NCBI GenBank assembly: GCA_037481775.1 | Contig: JBBFKZ010000003.1 | Location: 81,826 to 145,825 of the forward strand | Source of the DNA: Candidatus Bathyarchaeia archaeon | GTDB taxonomy: Archaea > Thermoproteota > Bathyarchaeia > Bathyarchaeales > Bathycorpusculaceae | Direction: 5' to 3' | Length of the DNA: 64,000 nt | In this document: piece by piece, positions 47,799 to 58,519 of the stretch | Layout of the letters: each line of letters starts with the position of its first letter | How positions within the stretch are numbered: the stretch's first letter is position 1 | Notes under the pieces: generated by a model | Databases searched by the model: none | Told to the model about the DNA's origin: nothing | Seen by the model: only the letters and a program-made list of their open reading frames with translations | Program-made: the position numbers and the translations under genes

Positions 47799-49985
47799 AT
47801 GCCTTTTTACGCGCACCCAAAGAACGAAGCCCAGACTGATCTTGAAAAGCACTTATTGAAGACTGCAAACTTGGCGCGGATGCTAGTTGAAGGTTTAGGT
47901 TTAGAAAACACAACGTATTATGCAGGTTTGATGCATGATCTAGGAAAGCTTAATCCGTATTACCAAAGGCTATTTTCGGCTTCTGATCAAGAAAGGCGCT
48001 GTGTCGAACAATTTCTTCAACAAGAATATGTTCGTGCGCACTCGGTTTTCTCTGCGTTGGCTGCTTATCGCTTATCGCGAAAACTGTCGCCTGCTGATCG
48101 GGCCAAAGTTGTATGTGCAGTCGCGGCACATCACAGCAAGTTACTCCCACTTCATAAGGTGTTTGCTCCTTTCAGTGCTGGTGATAAGCGATTGGAGAAC
48201 TCTAAGGAGGGGTTTTTTAATAATATAACGCTTTTTAGTCAAAATAGCAGTCTAAATTTAGACTGGGCTGATCTTCTAAAAAATCAGAAAATACCACAAC
48301 TGAATTTTTTCACAGCGGATGAGCAGAATCATATTCAAGAGTATTTGGAATTTAACATTGTTTTCTCAGCTTTAATCTTAGCTGACCGAGGTAGCTTCTT
48401 TGATCAATGGAAAAAGTCCAAATACACTTTAAGCTGCAACACTGATGCTTTGGCGCGTCAAAGCACACTTGCGCATCTGCGTACTGAGTTCCAAAAGTGC
48501 GTACTTGCAGAAAACAGTTTCAATGAACGAATAATGGTTTTAAAAGCACCAACAGGAATAGGCAAAACTAAAATGTTTCTCGACATAATAAACACCATTG
48601 CTTGCCGAGGGAATTTGGATCGTGTGTTTTATTTTTCGCCTTTGCTCGCTCTCACTGAAGACTTTGAAGGCAAACTTAAGCAAGTTTTAGACGAGCGCTC
48701 ATTGAGACGAGTGCTAGTCTATAACCATGCTTTTACGGGCAGTCTCGCTGAGCGCGAAAGCGAATTATCAGAGTCAACTGAAGAGTTTTTCAAGTCACAA
48801 GAGTACTTTGAGCGTGAATCTTTTAGCTATGAATTTGTTGTGACAACCACTCAGCGCCTATTGATCACACTTTATTCCAACAGGCCACAAGACAAAATGA
48901 AGATGTTGGCTTTCCGAAATGCCCTTCTGATAATTGATGAAGTACAGACTATTCCAAAGTTCTTGTTACCCAACTTGGTTAATCTGCTAAGTGTTATCGC
49001 CGAAAAGTTCAATTCACGCATTCTTTTTGTGAGTGCTACAATTCCAGATGCACTTTGCATGCTGCCTACGTTGAAATATCCTCAAAAAACAGAAGATACA
49101 TATCTAAACGCGACTCTAAAGTATATTCAGTATCTTCCACAATTAGATGTTGCGGATATTGATGGAGAAGCTGGCCGCGTATTGATAATGGTCAACACGA
49201 GGCGAAAAGCACACGATATCTACCACCAAATTTCCAAATTCAGAGAAGGCGTTATTTATTATTTGTCGTCTGGAATAACCAAAAGGCAACGGCGCAAAAT
49301 TATTCGCGAAATTAATAAAGAACCCCTGTTGGTTGTTTCTACGCAGGTCTTGGAGGCTGGTGTAGACATAAGTTTTGATAGGATTTATCGTGAGGTTGCG
49401 CCTCTCGATAACATTGTGCAAACGATGGGACGCCTTAATAGAGAAGGTTACTCAAAAATTACGCCATTGTTAACTATTTTTCAGCTTGATGAAGATGTAG
49501 CGCCTTACGATGATCTTGAAATGAAACTTTCAAAAAAAATTCTTCCTCATGTAAGTGATTCAAAAGAACTGTACAGGGCATTACAAAGTTATTATAGCGA
49601 ATTAGCTAAAGCTCATGCAACGAACAAAAAGTTGAGCGAAGAATTACGAATCAAAATGTGCAAGCTGTGGTTTGATGAAGTCTGGGATTTTGTGAAGAAA
49701 AAAGTATTGCCTGCTGATATTGGTGACACAGTGTTCGTTCCGTGCGCCGAAAAGTGGGAAGATGTGAAGAATGCTTTTTTGAATGGTAAAATTAACAGAT
49801 TCGCCGAGTTCGCGGCCGAGTTGCCTAAGACTTTTGTAGAGCTGGATAAGCAGCATAATTTGCGAAGAATGTTCGACGCTGATTTGCTTGAAAAAAACGT
49901 GCTATTGCCTAAAAAAGAGCACTTGAGCGACATTTACGATTCAGAAATAGGTCTTGATAAGTGGGTTACTTCAGCAGCTATTTAG
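47799..49985 (+). CDS. cas3: Cas3 HD nuclease-helicase
   Basis: HDLGK, AHH, APTGIGKT, DEVQ, SAT, QTMGRLNR. Confidence 0.95.
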   Translation: MPFYAHPKNEAQTDLEKHLLKTANLARMLVEGLGLENTTYYAGLMHDLGKLNPYYQRLFSASDQERRCVEQFLQQEYVRAHSVFSALAAYRLSRKLSPADRAKVVCAVAAHHSKLLPLHKVFAPFSAGDKRLENSKEGFFNNITLFSQNSSLNLDWADLLKNQKIPQLNFFTADEQNHIQEYLEFNIVFSALILADRGSFFDQWKKSKYTLSCNTDALARQSTLAHLRTEFQKCVLAENSFNERIMVLKAPTGIGKTKMFLDIINTIACRGNLDRVFYFSPLLALTEDFEGKLKQVLDERSLRRVLVYNHAFTGSLAERESELSESTEEFFKSQEYFERESFSYEFVVTTTQRLLITLYSNRPQDKMKMLAFRNALLIIDEVQTIPKFLLPNLVNLLSVIAEKFNSRILFVSATIPDALCMLPTLKYPQKTEDTYLNATLKYIQYLPQLDVADIDGEAGRVLIMVNTRRKAHDIYHQISKFREGVIYYLSSGITKRQRRKIIREINKEPLLVVSTQVLEAGVDISFDRIYREVAPLDNIVQTMGRLNREGYSKITPLLTIFQLDEDVAPYDDLEMKLSKKILPHVSDSKELYRALQSYYSELAKAHATNKKLSEELRIKMCKLWFDEVWDFVKKKVLPADIGDTVFVPCAEKWEDVKNAFLNGKINRFAEFAAELPKTFVELDKQHNLRRMFDADLLEKNVLLPKKEHLSDIYDSEIGLDKWVTSAAI

Positions 49986-50000
49986 GAAGATGATGGCGAA

Positions 50001-50717
50001 ATGTCCCATTTAAAATCGGCATCAAAGCAAATTCGGTGTTCACAAGTGGCGGAACCTAAGGATTTGGCGTTTTATGTTAAGATTTGCCGAGTAATTTTTG
50101 ATTTTGCTGAGGATGTACATGTATCTGCTGCGCAGCTTAGAGGTTTTTTGGGATATGTGTTCATTGACGATGCAGAGTTCCACCATCACTCTGATAAAGC
50201 GTATCATTATCCGCTCATACAATACAAAAACGTTGCTGGAAACCTCTGTGTCTTAGGGCTTCAAAATTATGCTGCATTATTGGCCAAGAAAATTGCTGCG
50301 GTTGATGTTATATCAACGCCGCAGAGCACGTTGCATGTAAGATGTAAGCGAATCAGAATACAAATAGAAGAAATTGTGCAGAAATTTTGTTATTATGAGT
50401 TTATTACGCCGTGGCTTGCGCTTAACGAAATTAATTACAGCTTGTTCAGGACTTTAGATAAGCGTAAACGGAGGAAGTTTCTTGAGAGAATATTAGTTGC
50501 AAATGTTCTAAGCTGCCTCAAGGGATTGGGCATACATGTTAATTTCCGGATTAAAGCGAATATCTATCAGTATAAAGCACTGCGCGTTAAGGTTCATGAT
50601 AACCTGTTTGTAGGATTTTTGTTGCGATTTCGTTTAAACATCTTGTTGCCTGATTTGATAGGTTTGGGAAAAAGTGTTTCAAAGGGATATGGAACAATAC
50701 GACGGGTTGATGTTTAG
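50001..50717 (+). CDS. cas6: Cas6b-type crRNA endonuclease
   Basis: LRGFLG, HHH, YPLIQYK, TPWLALN, GLGKSVSKGYG G-loop. Confidence 0.88.
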   Translation: MSHLKSASKQIRCSQVAEPKDLAFYVKICRVIFDFAEDVHVSAAQLRGFLGYVFIDDAEFHHHSDKAYHYPLIQYKNVAGNLCVLGLQNYAALLAKKIAAVDVISTPQSTLHVRCKRIRIQIEEIVQKFCYYEFITPWLALNEINYSLFRTLDKRKRRKFLERILVANVLSCLKGLGIHVNFRIKANIYQYKALRVKVHDNLFVGFLLRFRLNILLPDLIGLGKSVSKGYGTIRRVDV

Positions 50718-50720
50718 TGT

Positions 50721-51677
50721 ATGATTCTCGAAATCAGTGAACATGGTAGTGTACTCAAACGTAACCATGAGTGTTTCCTTATCAAAACTGCCGAAAATAA
50801 ATTGGAGGTACCTGCGGAAAAGGTGGATGCGGTAATTATTACAGCTAATGCGTTAGTCAGTACTCAAGTTATGTCCCTTTGCATAGAGAAAGGAATTCAA
50901 TTGGTTTTGTCTGAATGGTCTGGTAGGCCCTTTGGTAGGTTATGGGCATGTACACTTGGGAAAGCGGCGGAACTTCGTAGAAAGCAGTATTTGAATCAAG
51001 ATTCTGTTGTTGCCTTTAAGTTTTCGAAAGATATTGTAGCGAAGAAACTGAAGGAGCAGAAAAAGTTTCTTGTAGAAATTAGGAATAATAGATGTGTCAA
51101 TGATGTTACTGTTGATCACGCCGTCCGCTTTTTACAGCGGAGCTTAAATGAACTTAAAAAGATCGAGTATTCTAAGTCATTTAAGCAAGAGTTGCTTGGT
51201 CTTGAGGGTTCTTCTGCGTCTGCATATTTTTCTGCTATTTCAAGTGTTTTGCCTAAGAAATATAAATTTACGGAACGAAGCCGGCGACCTGCTGTTGATC
51301 CATTTAACGCTGTGCTGAATTATGCATATGGACTTGCATATGGTGGCGTGGAAAAAGTGGTTATTTTGAGTGGCTTGGATCCTAATGCTGGTTTTTATCA
51401 TGCTGATGCCTATGGCAAACCCACATTGGTTTTTGATCTTATTGAGTTGTTCAGAACAAGGGTTGATCGTATAGCTGTGAAAGTTTTCACGAAAAAAATT
51501 GCCCGAGACGGCTGGTTTCAAATACTGAAGCATGGAGATAGTGTGAGTGTGTTTTTGGCCAAAGAGGCAAGGAAGTATATCATTAAGGAATATGTGAGCA
51601 GCGTGGAGGGTGTCGTGGAGAAGGAAGGGTGGAATTATTGCAGGAAACTTATAGATCTGTTGCTTTGTGAGGGGTGA
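50721..51677 (+). CDS. cas1: Cas1
   Basis: GLEG, DPFNAVLNYAYG, GFYH, LVFDLIE. Confidence 0.95.
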   Translation: MILEISEHGSVLKRNHECFLIKTAENKLEVPAEKVDAVIITANALVSTQVMSLCIEKGIQLVLSEWSGRPFGRLWACTLGKAAELRRKQYLNQDSVVAFKFSKDIVAKKLKEQKKFLVEIRNNRCVNDVTVDHAVRFLQRSLNELKKIEYSKSFKQELLGLEGSSASAYFSAISSVLPKKYKFTERSRRPAVDPFNAVLNYAYGLAYGGVEKVVILSGLDPNAGFYHADAYGKPTLVFDLIELFRTRVDRIAVKVFTKKIARDGWFQILKHGDSVSVFLAKEARKYIIKEYVSSVEGVVEKEGWNYCRKLIDLLLCEG

Positions 51678-51680
51678 CTT

Positions 51681-51977
51681 TTGAAGAAACATATGTATTA
51701 CGCGGTTTATGATGTTTCGGATAATCAGACGCGAACGCGCGTTGCCCAAGCCCTTAAAGACGCTGGCTTTATTAGGGTGCAAAAGAGCGTTTTTTGTGGT
51801 TCTCTCTCGTCGCAGCAGAAAAAAGACCTTGTGGAAAAACTGAAAAGAATAGCGGCGAGTTCAGATTCTGTTTATTTAATTTTAACTTGCCATAAATGCT
51901 TTGGTAAAGTTACAATTATTGGGCAAGGTTTTGATAAGGATTATGTAGCTGGTGAATTGGAGAGTCTTGTGATTTGA
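51681..51977 (+). CDS. cas2: Cas2
   Basis: AVYDVSD, RVQKSVF. Confidence 0.95.
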   Translation: MKKHMYYAVYDVSDNQTRTRVAQALKDAGFIRVQKSVFCGSLSSQQKKDLVEKLKRIAASSDSVYLILTCHKCFGKVTIIGQGFDKDYVAGELESLVI

Positions 51978-52567
51978 GCCTGTCTGTTACTAATGTTGTG
52001 GAACATGCTTTTTGCCCCAGGTTTACATATTTTCAGCTTGTCTTAGGTATACAGCAGAGAGAGGAAAAGCGGGGAACCGTTATTGCTGGGCGCGAGCTTC
52101 ACAGGCGCCATTCAACCACTAATCGAAACTATATAATCGCAGGGGTCAAAGGTAAAAAATTTGTAGAGGCATATATGTACTCAGAGAAGCTTCAACTTTC
52201 TGGCAAAATTGATGAGGCTATCGAGACTGCTGATGAGATTATAATAATTGAAAGAAAGTATAGTGATTATGTGAATGTCGGGGAAACGTTGAAGACGCAG
52301 CTGGGATTATTGGCTTTATTGGCTGAAGAAAATTTTAACAAGCGCGTTAAGCGAGCAATAGTGATTTTTCAAAAGAAGCATCGCGTGAAAATTCGTGTTA
52401 ACATAACCGAAAAAACTAAAAGCTTTGCATTAAAAGTGTTTCAGAACACCCGTTCTGTGATACAAACAGGAATTATGCCTCGATCAAAACAGGATAATCG
52501 ATGTATAAATTGTTGCTACAGAAAATTATGTCCACCCAACAGATTAAAGAACCAAGTGACGAATTAA
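51974..52567 (+). CDS. cas4: Cas4
   Basis: CPR, GKID, ERK, CINCCYRKLC. Confidence 0.93.
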   Translation: MSLSVTNVVEHAFCPRFTYFQLVLGIQQREEKRGTVIAGRELHRRHSTTNRNYIIAGVKGKKFVEAYMYSEKLQLSGKIDEAIETADEIIIIERKYSDYVNVGETLKTQLGLLALLAEENFNKRVKRAIVIFQKKHRVKIRVNITEKTKSFALKVFQNTRSVIQTGIMPRSKQDNRCINCCYRKLCPPNRLKNQVTN

Positions 52568-52674
52568 TGATTTTGTTTATAAATACTCAAATAATTTATA
52601 GAGCACAATAATCTAACTTCAAAAAGATGGGAGGAATCAATCTAAAAAACAAAAAGAAGACCAAAAAACCTGCC
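52568..52674 (+). promoter_or_regulatory. CRISPR leader
   Basis: AT-rich with TTTATAAA; lies between cas4 and the first repeat. Confidence 0.7.
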
Positions 52675-55170
52675 GTCGAAAAGACTAATCCAACAAAACA
52701 AGGATTGAAACTCCCAGATGTTCATGCATGTAGCCCTGAAGGTTTCCGTCGAAAAGACTAATCCAACAAAACAAGGATTGAAACAATGGCTATTCCTTTC
52801 GTTCCACACCAAACCCGTGAGTCGAAAAGACTAATCCAACAAAACAAGGATTGAAACTAAGCATCTCATAGTCGCTTGGCAAATGCAAATCGTCGTCGAA
52901 AAGACTAATCCAACAAAACAAGGATTGAAACTGATCAGTGGTTTCAGGTTAAGACTGCGGTTGGAAGGTCGAAAAGACTAATCCAACAAAACAAGGATTG
53001 AAACCGCCTAAAAAATGGCACTGACAGACTTGTGCTATACGTCGAAAAGACTAATCCAACAAAACAAGGATTGAAACTATGAGTAGAAGTTGTAAGCATG
53101 TATCTGTCAAAACGTCGAAAAGACTAATCCAACAAAACAAGGATTGAAACTTTTTTCATATTTAGAAGTGTTTAAATAAGTCGATGGTCGAAAAGACTAA
53201 TCCAACAAAACAAGGATTGAAACCCATTTTCATCAACACAAAGCACTTTTTCACCAACAAGTCGAAAAGACTAATCCAACAAAACAAGGATTGAAACCAT
53301 TCACGTTGACTGCAACGGCTTGGGGTTTCTATGTCGAAAAGACTAATCCAACAAAACAAGGATTGAAACTTTAGTATCCTTTTTTTTCCTTTCTTTTCTT
53401 GGAGTCGAAAAGACTAATCCAACAAAACAAGGATTGAAACAAAAGTTTAACGGATGGCTAGATGAAATGCTGAAGAGTCGAAAAGACTAATCCAACAAAA
53501 CAAGGATTGAAACCCGTCAGGCGAGATGTATGCTTCCTGTAGGCTGTGTCGAAAAGACTAATCCAACAAAACAAGGATTGAAACTTTAGCTGTAGGTTTT
53601 GAGGTGATGTTAGCGTAATATTGTCGAAAAGACTAATCCAACAAAACAAGGATTGAAACACGTTCCAGCCTGCTATAAGATGTGGCTGAGTGTCTTGTCG
53701 AAAAGACTAATCCAACAAAACAAGGATTGAAACGGTTAACTGTTCAAAGCCGCCACTGTCGGCTACTAAGTCGAAAAGACTAATCCAACAAAACAAGGAT
53801 TGAAACTCAGTGTCAGCAGACGGTGAAGTTGCAGCGCGCGAGTCGAAAAGACTAATCCAACAAAACAAGGATTGAAACTTGGTGCGGGGGACGGTGAAGC
53901 AAGAGGATACATTGAGTCGAAAAGACTAATCCAACAAAACAAGGATTGAAACTTGTGAGCGGTAACAGTGTCCCACGAGCTGGAACACACGTCGAAAAGA
54001 CTAATCCAACAAAACAAGGATTGAAACCAAGGATAACATGGTTAGGCACTTCGACACAATATGGTCGAAAAGACTAATCCAACAAAACAAGGATTGAAAC
54101 TAGGCTTCTGGACCGAATAAGTTGTGGCGGGGGTGAAGTCGAAAAGACTAATCCAACAAAACAAGGATTGAAACCATTTCAACCAGCATTTTCTGTGTTC
54201 GGCGACAACGTCGAAAAGACTAATCCAACAAAACAAGGATTGAAACTTCGTCGGTGTTCAGTAAATGGCAGATAGAGAACAAGTCGAAAAGACTAATCCA
54301 ACAAAACAAGGATTGAAACAACCGTCTATTCTCCATCTATTTCGTTTATACCAGTCGAAAAGACTAATCCAACAAAACAAGGATTGAAACACGAGATGAG
54401 CAAGCCTTTCAACGCCAGCCGTCTGTCGAAAAGACTAATCCAACAAAACAAGGATTGAAACAATAATTAACCTTATGATAAGCTATGTATAGATTCTGTC
54501 GAAAAGACTAATCCAACAAAACAAGGATTGAAACGCTTCGGGACGCGAAGAATCTTCATGAGTTCTTTGTCGAAAAGACTAATCCAACAAAACAAGGATT
54601 GAAACTGGTTAGCTAGATTCTTTGACGTAGAAGACTGGAGAGTCGAAAAGACTAATCCAACAAAACAAGGATTGAAACTATTTCACCAGGTCAGTGTCTG
54701 AGAGGACTTTGTAGTCGAAAAGACTAATCCAACAAAACAAGGATTGAAACGCGAGTGGCTGAACGAAATGTTAGCGATCACCAGGGGTCGAAAAGACTAA
54801 TCCAACAAAACAAGGATTGAAACTTATATACGGTCAAAGAAAAAAAAGAGAAGGTGAGTCGAAAAGACTAATCCAACAAAACAAGGATTGAAACGAACTT
54901 GCCGAATTTCTTCAGCAAACCTAAGATCAGTCGAAAAGACTAATCCAACAAAACAAGGATTGAAACTATGCTTACACGAGCCTATAACACATTACAAAAA
55001 GTCGAAAAGACTAATCCAACAAAACAAGGATTGAAACCGTACCCCTATTATTTGTCCTCCTAAAACTATGGGTCGAAAAGACTAATCCAACAAAACAAGG
55101 ATTGAAACTGTTCACGTAAACAGGATCGGCTGTGATGTTAAAAGTCGAAAAGACTAATCCAACAAAACAA
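52675..55170 (+). CRISPR. CRISPR array: 34 identical 37-bp repeats plus one truncated terminal repeat, 34 spacers of 34-38 bp
   Basis: Repeat GTCGAAAAGACTAATCCAACAAAACAAGGATTGAAAC counted by eye; last copy (55144-55170) lacks GGATTGAAAC. Confidence 0.98.
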
Positions 55171-55177
55171 TTACTGC

Positions 55178-55599
55178 TTACATTAAAATCTCACCCGAGA
55201 TAGGGTGATCTTCTAGACACTGCCGCGAGTTGATGAGAAAATCTTCGGAATAGCCACCTAAGCAACGCGATAAGCGTCTTCTAAAAGTCAAGGCGGCGAT
55301 TAGCGAAGAGAGCAGGTAACCTGTGGCTTGCAAAAGTCCACTTTAACTAATAAGATATTAGAAGGGTGCAATGGAGCACCATAAAGCACGCGGCATAGTC
55401 ATGTTAGAAGGATGATGGGCCGCAAGAGTGTGTTGGCAACATGAATATACTTCAACATTTAACAAGCAACTTCGCTGGCAACCCATATGGATACCATGCA
55501 AAAGCAGTTTCAACTATGGAAGAAGCGTGCAAGCTCCAAGTGTGCTTCGAGTACGTCTGCGCCGTGGATGGAAAGAAACTGTTCAGAAAGCGGAAGTGA
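55178..55599 (+). pseudogene. Decayed tyrosine integrase, C-terminal catalytic region
   Basis: Broken frames give LPRVDEKIFG / SRRRLAKRAGNLWLAKVHF / IRY*KGAMEHHK / HVRRMMGRKSVLAT*IY / EEACKLQVCFEYVCAVDGKKLFRKRK*. Confidence 0.7.
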
Positions 55600-55679
55600 G
55601 CGCGGAACATACAATTGAAAAGAGGAACACTAAATTTATTAATATAGCAGTCTCTTGCTAAGATTTAAGGCGGTTAAAA

Positions 55680-56066
55680 ATGTCCTTTAAATCAAAACTT
55701 AACGTTAATGACGCACGCAAGTTAGCGCCGGTTGCTTTCTACGGCGCAGTTGGCATAATTTTCCTCGCGCTTCTGCCATTCGCCAATTTTCCGCCACATA
55801 TAGGCCTAACAGGAATACTCAACCTCATTGCGGCTTATGGACTCTTTAAGAAGAGATTCTGGGCGTTATGGCTGGTTGTCGCCTTGTTTGCCGTTGGCAC
55901 CACACTTTCCCTTTACACGCTATATGTGCTTGCTTTCAGCAACTGGCTTGTAAGCATAAGCATGGCCGCTTACGCCATACTAACATGGGTATTCACTGCA
56001 TACGTAACCGCAAAAAGGAAAACAGGGATCATAGACTCAACTTACTCTTCAGAAGGGTTACCGTAA
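55680..56066 (+). CDS. Hypothetical four-TM membrane protein
   Basis: Four hydrophobic helices. Confidence 0.7.
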   Translation: MSFKSKLNVNDARKLAPVAFYGAVGIIFLALLPFANFPPHIGLTGILNLIAAYGLFKKRFWALWLVVALFAVGTTLSLYTLYVLAFSNWLVSISMAAYAILTWVFTAYVTAKRKTGIIDSTYSSEGLP

Positions 56067-57276
56067 CCTCTTCGCCCGAGTCAATGAATTGTTGATTTTC
56101 AGGAATCTCCACGAACCCGTCAGCCTTCGCAAGCGTTGTTATGGCTCCGGACGCGCCTGTTTCCACAGGCACAGCAACAAACCCTCTTAGCGCATCAGGT
56201 TTTAATTTGACCATTACGAAGGTTCTCCTGCCTTTAGCCGAAAACATCCTCGTGGATGCTGCCGCTTTAACTGTCTTGTCCTCAAGCGCGGTTCTGCCTG
56301 CCATACGCTGAATGACGGGCCGCACAAGCAGATGAAATATTAGAAGCGCAGAAGCAGGGTGTCCTGGAAGCGCAAAAACCGGCTTCTCGCCGACGAGCGC
56401 TATTGTCGTTGGTTTTCCCGGTTTCACCGCTATCCCGCAGACAAGCAATCCGGGCTCACCTAAAGAGGACACTGTCTGAGGCGTCAAATCCTTCGGCCCC
56501 ACAGAAACGCCGCCTGAGGTTATCACCATGTCCGCTGAGGACAGTGCATGCTTCAATGCGGCTTGTAGCGCGGCTTTATCGTCTGGGATTACGCCTAGAT
56601 AAAGGGGTTTTCCGCCGCTTTCAAGAATTGCCGTGCTAATGCTGTAAGCGTTTATATCGTAGATTTTCCCAGCTGGCAGCGGCTTGCCGGGTTCGGTTAC
56701 TTCGGCGCCAGTTGATAGAACCGCAACCACTGGAACCTTGAAAACTTTAGCTTTGCTATAGCCTAAAGCCGCCAAGACGCCTATTTCGGAAGCGCCTAAA
56801 ACCTGGCCTGCCTTAAGCACTGTTTCACCTTTTTTTATATCCGCGCCTTTTTTCATCACGTTTTCATCGCGGGTTACGGCTCTGTAAACACGTAGCAAAT
56901 GGTCTTCGCTGTCAGTGTCCTCAACCATTACAACGGCATCTGTGCCCTCAGGAATGGGTGCGCCTGTAACTATTTCCGCGGCTTCACCAGGGTTAACCAT
57001 TACTTTCGGCTGCTCACCCACGCTAACTTGGCCGCAGATTCGCAGTTGCACAGGCTGGTTTTCCTCTGCTCCGACGGTGTCAGCGGCCTTTACTGCGTAG
57101 CCGTCAACTGTTGACCGGTTGAAAGGCGGAATATCCATGGTGGCGACTACATCTTCAGCTAAAACGCGGTTATAGGCTTCCAACAGGGAGATTTCTTCTT
57201 CGCCTAAGATCTTAAGCTTCAACTGTTCATTTACAACTTTTTTCGCTTCTTCAAACGTCATTAACTGTCTGAACAT
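56029..57276 (-). CDS. moeA: Molybdopterin molybdotransferase MoeA
   Basis: PPFNRSTVDGYA, STGAEV, SGGVSVG, KPGKPT, LPGHP. Confidence 0.93.
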   Translation of the reverse strand: MFRQLMTFEEAKKVVNEQLKLKILGEEEISLLEAYNRVLAEDVVATMDIPPFNRSTVDGYAVKAADTVGAEENQPVQLRICGQVSVGEQPKVMVNPGEAAEIVTGAPIPEGTDAVVMVEDTDSEDHLLRVYRAVTRDENVMKKGADIKKGETVLKAGQVLGASEIGVLAALGYSKAKVFKVPVVAVLSTGAEVTEPGKPLPAGKIYDINAYSISTAILESGGKPLYLGVIPDDKAALQAALKHALSSADMVITSGGVSVGPKDLTPQTVSSLGEPGLLVCGIAVKPGKPTTIALVGEKPVFALPGHPASALLIFHLLVRPVIQRMAGRTALEDKTVKAAASTRMFSAKGRRTFVMVKLKPDALRGFVAVPVETGASGAITTLAKADGFVEIPENQQFIDSGEEVTVTLLKSKLSL

Positions 57277-57277
57277 C

Positions 57278-58519
57278 TCAGCGCTCTTCCTCCACGCTGC
57301 CGAACAAATGCACAAGCACGTTTTCGCCTTCTGCAATGCCCTCTCTATTTTCTGGAACAATTACGAAACCGTTACTTCGAGTCATTGTGGAAATCGCTCC
57401 AGAACCGCGGGCGCTGATTGGCTCAGCAAAGTAAGCTTCGTTTTTCCGGGTTACGCAAACACGCACAAACGTTTTTCTTCCAAGCGCAGTAGCAACTCTC
57501 CGCGCCATAACGGCGTTAACCGCGGGTCGCTGTTCCATCTGAGGCGTGCCAAGCAATCTGCAAATTAAAGGCCTGCCGAAAACTTCAAAGCCGATGGCCG
57601 CTGCAACAGGGTTGCCTGAGAGAATCAAGACAGGTTTCCCTTCAACCGCAGCAAGAGCAGTTGGCATGGCAGGCCTCATGGCTATACCATGCGCTATTAC
57701 TCCAGGCTTGCCTAGGCTGTTAACTGCTTCTGGAACAAGGTCGAATCCGCCGACGCTGGTTCCTCCTGAAGTGATTACGGCATCATATTTTTGCAGTGCT
57801 GCCCTTAGTTTTCCAGTTATCTCTGACAGTTCATCTTTGGCTATACCGAAGTCCACTGGCTCCGCGCCGAGTTCACGACACAGAGCAGAGAGCATTACGC
57901 GGTTTGATTCAAAAATTTGGCTTTCAGAAGGCTCTGCACCTGCTTCAATCAGCTCGTTTCCCGTGGCTAAAATGCCTATGCGCGGTTTTTCCGCGACTTT
58001 TACTGTGCTGTGGCCTAATGCGGCAAGAAGCGCTAGATGGTAAGGCGTCAGTCTCGTGCCGGCTGCGATGATTTTTTCGCCTTTTTTGACGTCTTCGCCT
58101 TTTTTTGACACGTTGCCGCCTTTTGCAAGCTGAACCCAAACTTCTAATTTCCCATCACGTAGCTGAGTGTTCTCCAGCATTACCACAGTGTCTGCGCCTT
58201 CGGGAAGCGGGTTTCCAGTCCAGATTTGACGCGCTTGTCCCTGAGCTATCGTGTTTGACTCGGTTATGCTGAACGTGATGGGTTTGAATTGTGATGCGCC
58301 TATGGTGTCCTCAGCCCTGAGCGCGTAGCCGTCAACAGCTGACTTGTCAAATCTTGGCAAATCTTCTTGGGCGATTACATCCGCTGCAGAAACGCGGTTT
58401 AATGCTTCGGTAACGGGTATTGTAACTTGGCTTGGGCAGCTAATTTTCAAAACGCTTAACCACTTCTGCAACGCCTCATCCGCAGAGGTTAATTTTTGAA
58501 AGCCTTTCAATCTTGCCAA
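57278..58519 (-). CDS. moeA: Molybdopterin molybdotransferase MoeA (second paralogue)
   Basis: SAVDGYA, TGNEL, SGGTSVG, SGNP. Confidence 0.93.
   Translation of the reverse strand: MARLKGFQKLTSADEALQKWLSVLKISCPSQVTIPVTEALNRVSAADVIAQEDLPRFDKSAVDGYALRAEDTIGASQFKPITFSITESNTIAQGQARQIWTGNPLPEGADTVVMLENTQLRDGKLEVWVQLAKGGNVSKKGEDVKKGEKIIAAGTRLTPYHLALLAALGHSTVKVAEKPRIGILATGNELIEAGAEPSESQIFESNRVMLSALCRELGAEPVDFGIAKDELSEITGKLRAALQKYDAVITSGGTSVGGFDLVPEAVNSLGKPGVIAHGIAMRPAMPTALAAVEGKPVLILSGNPVAAAIGFEVFGRPLICRLLGTPQMEQRPAVNAVMARRVATALGRKTFVRVCVTRKNEAYFAEPISARGSGAISTMTRSNGFVIVPENREGIAEGENVLVHLFGSVEEER

Noticed and set aside
52785-52820. Spacer 2 shares AATGGCTATTCC with 5460-5471
   Set aside because: Only 12 nt with no extension; not credible self-targeting.
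53162-54236. Minus-strand ORFs with repeated FQSLFCWISLFD / FNPCFVGLVFST
   Set aside because: They are translations of CRISPR repeats, not proteins.
55428-55661. 77-aa ORF after the array as a gene or anti-CRISPR
   Set aside because: It is an alternative frame over the integrase pseudogene.
56029-58519. Tandem moeA duplication as a novelty
   Set aside because: Two moeA paralogues are common in archaea.
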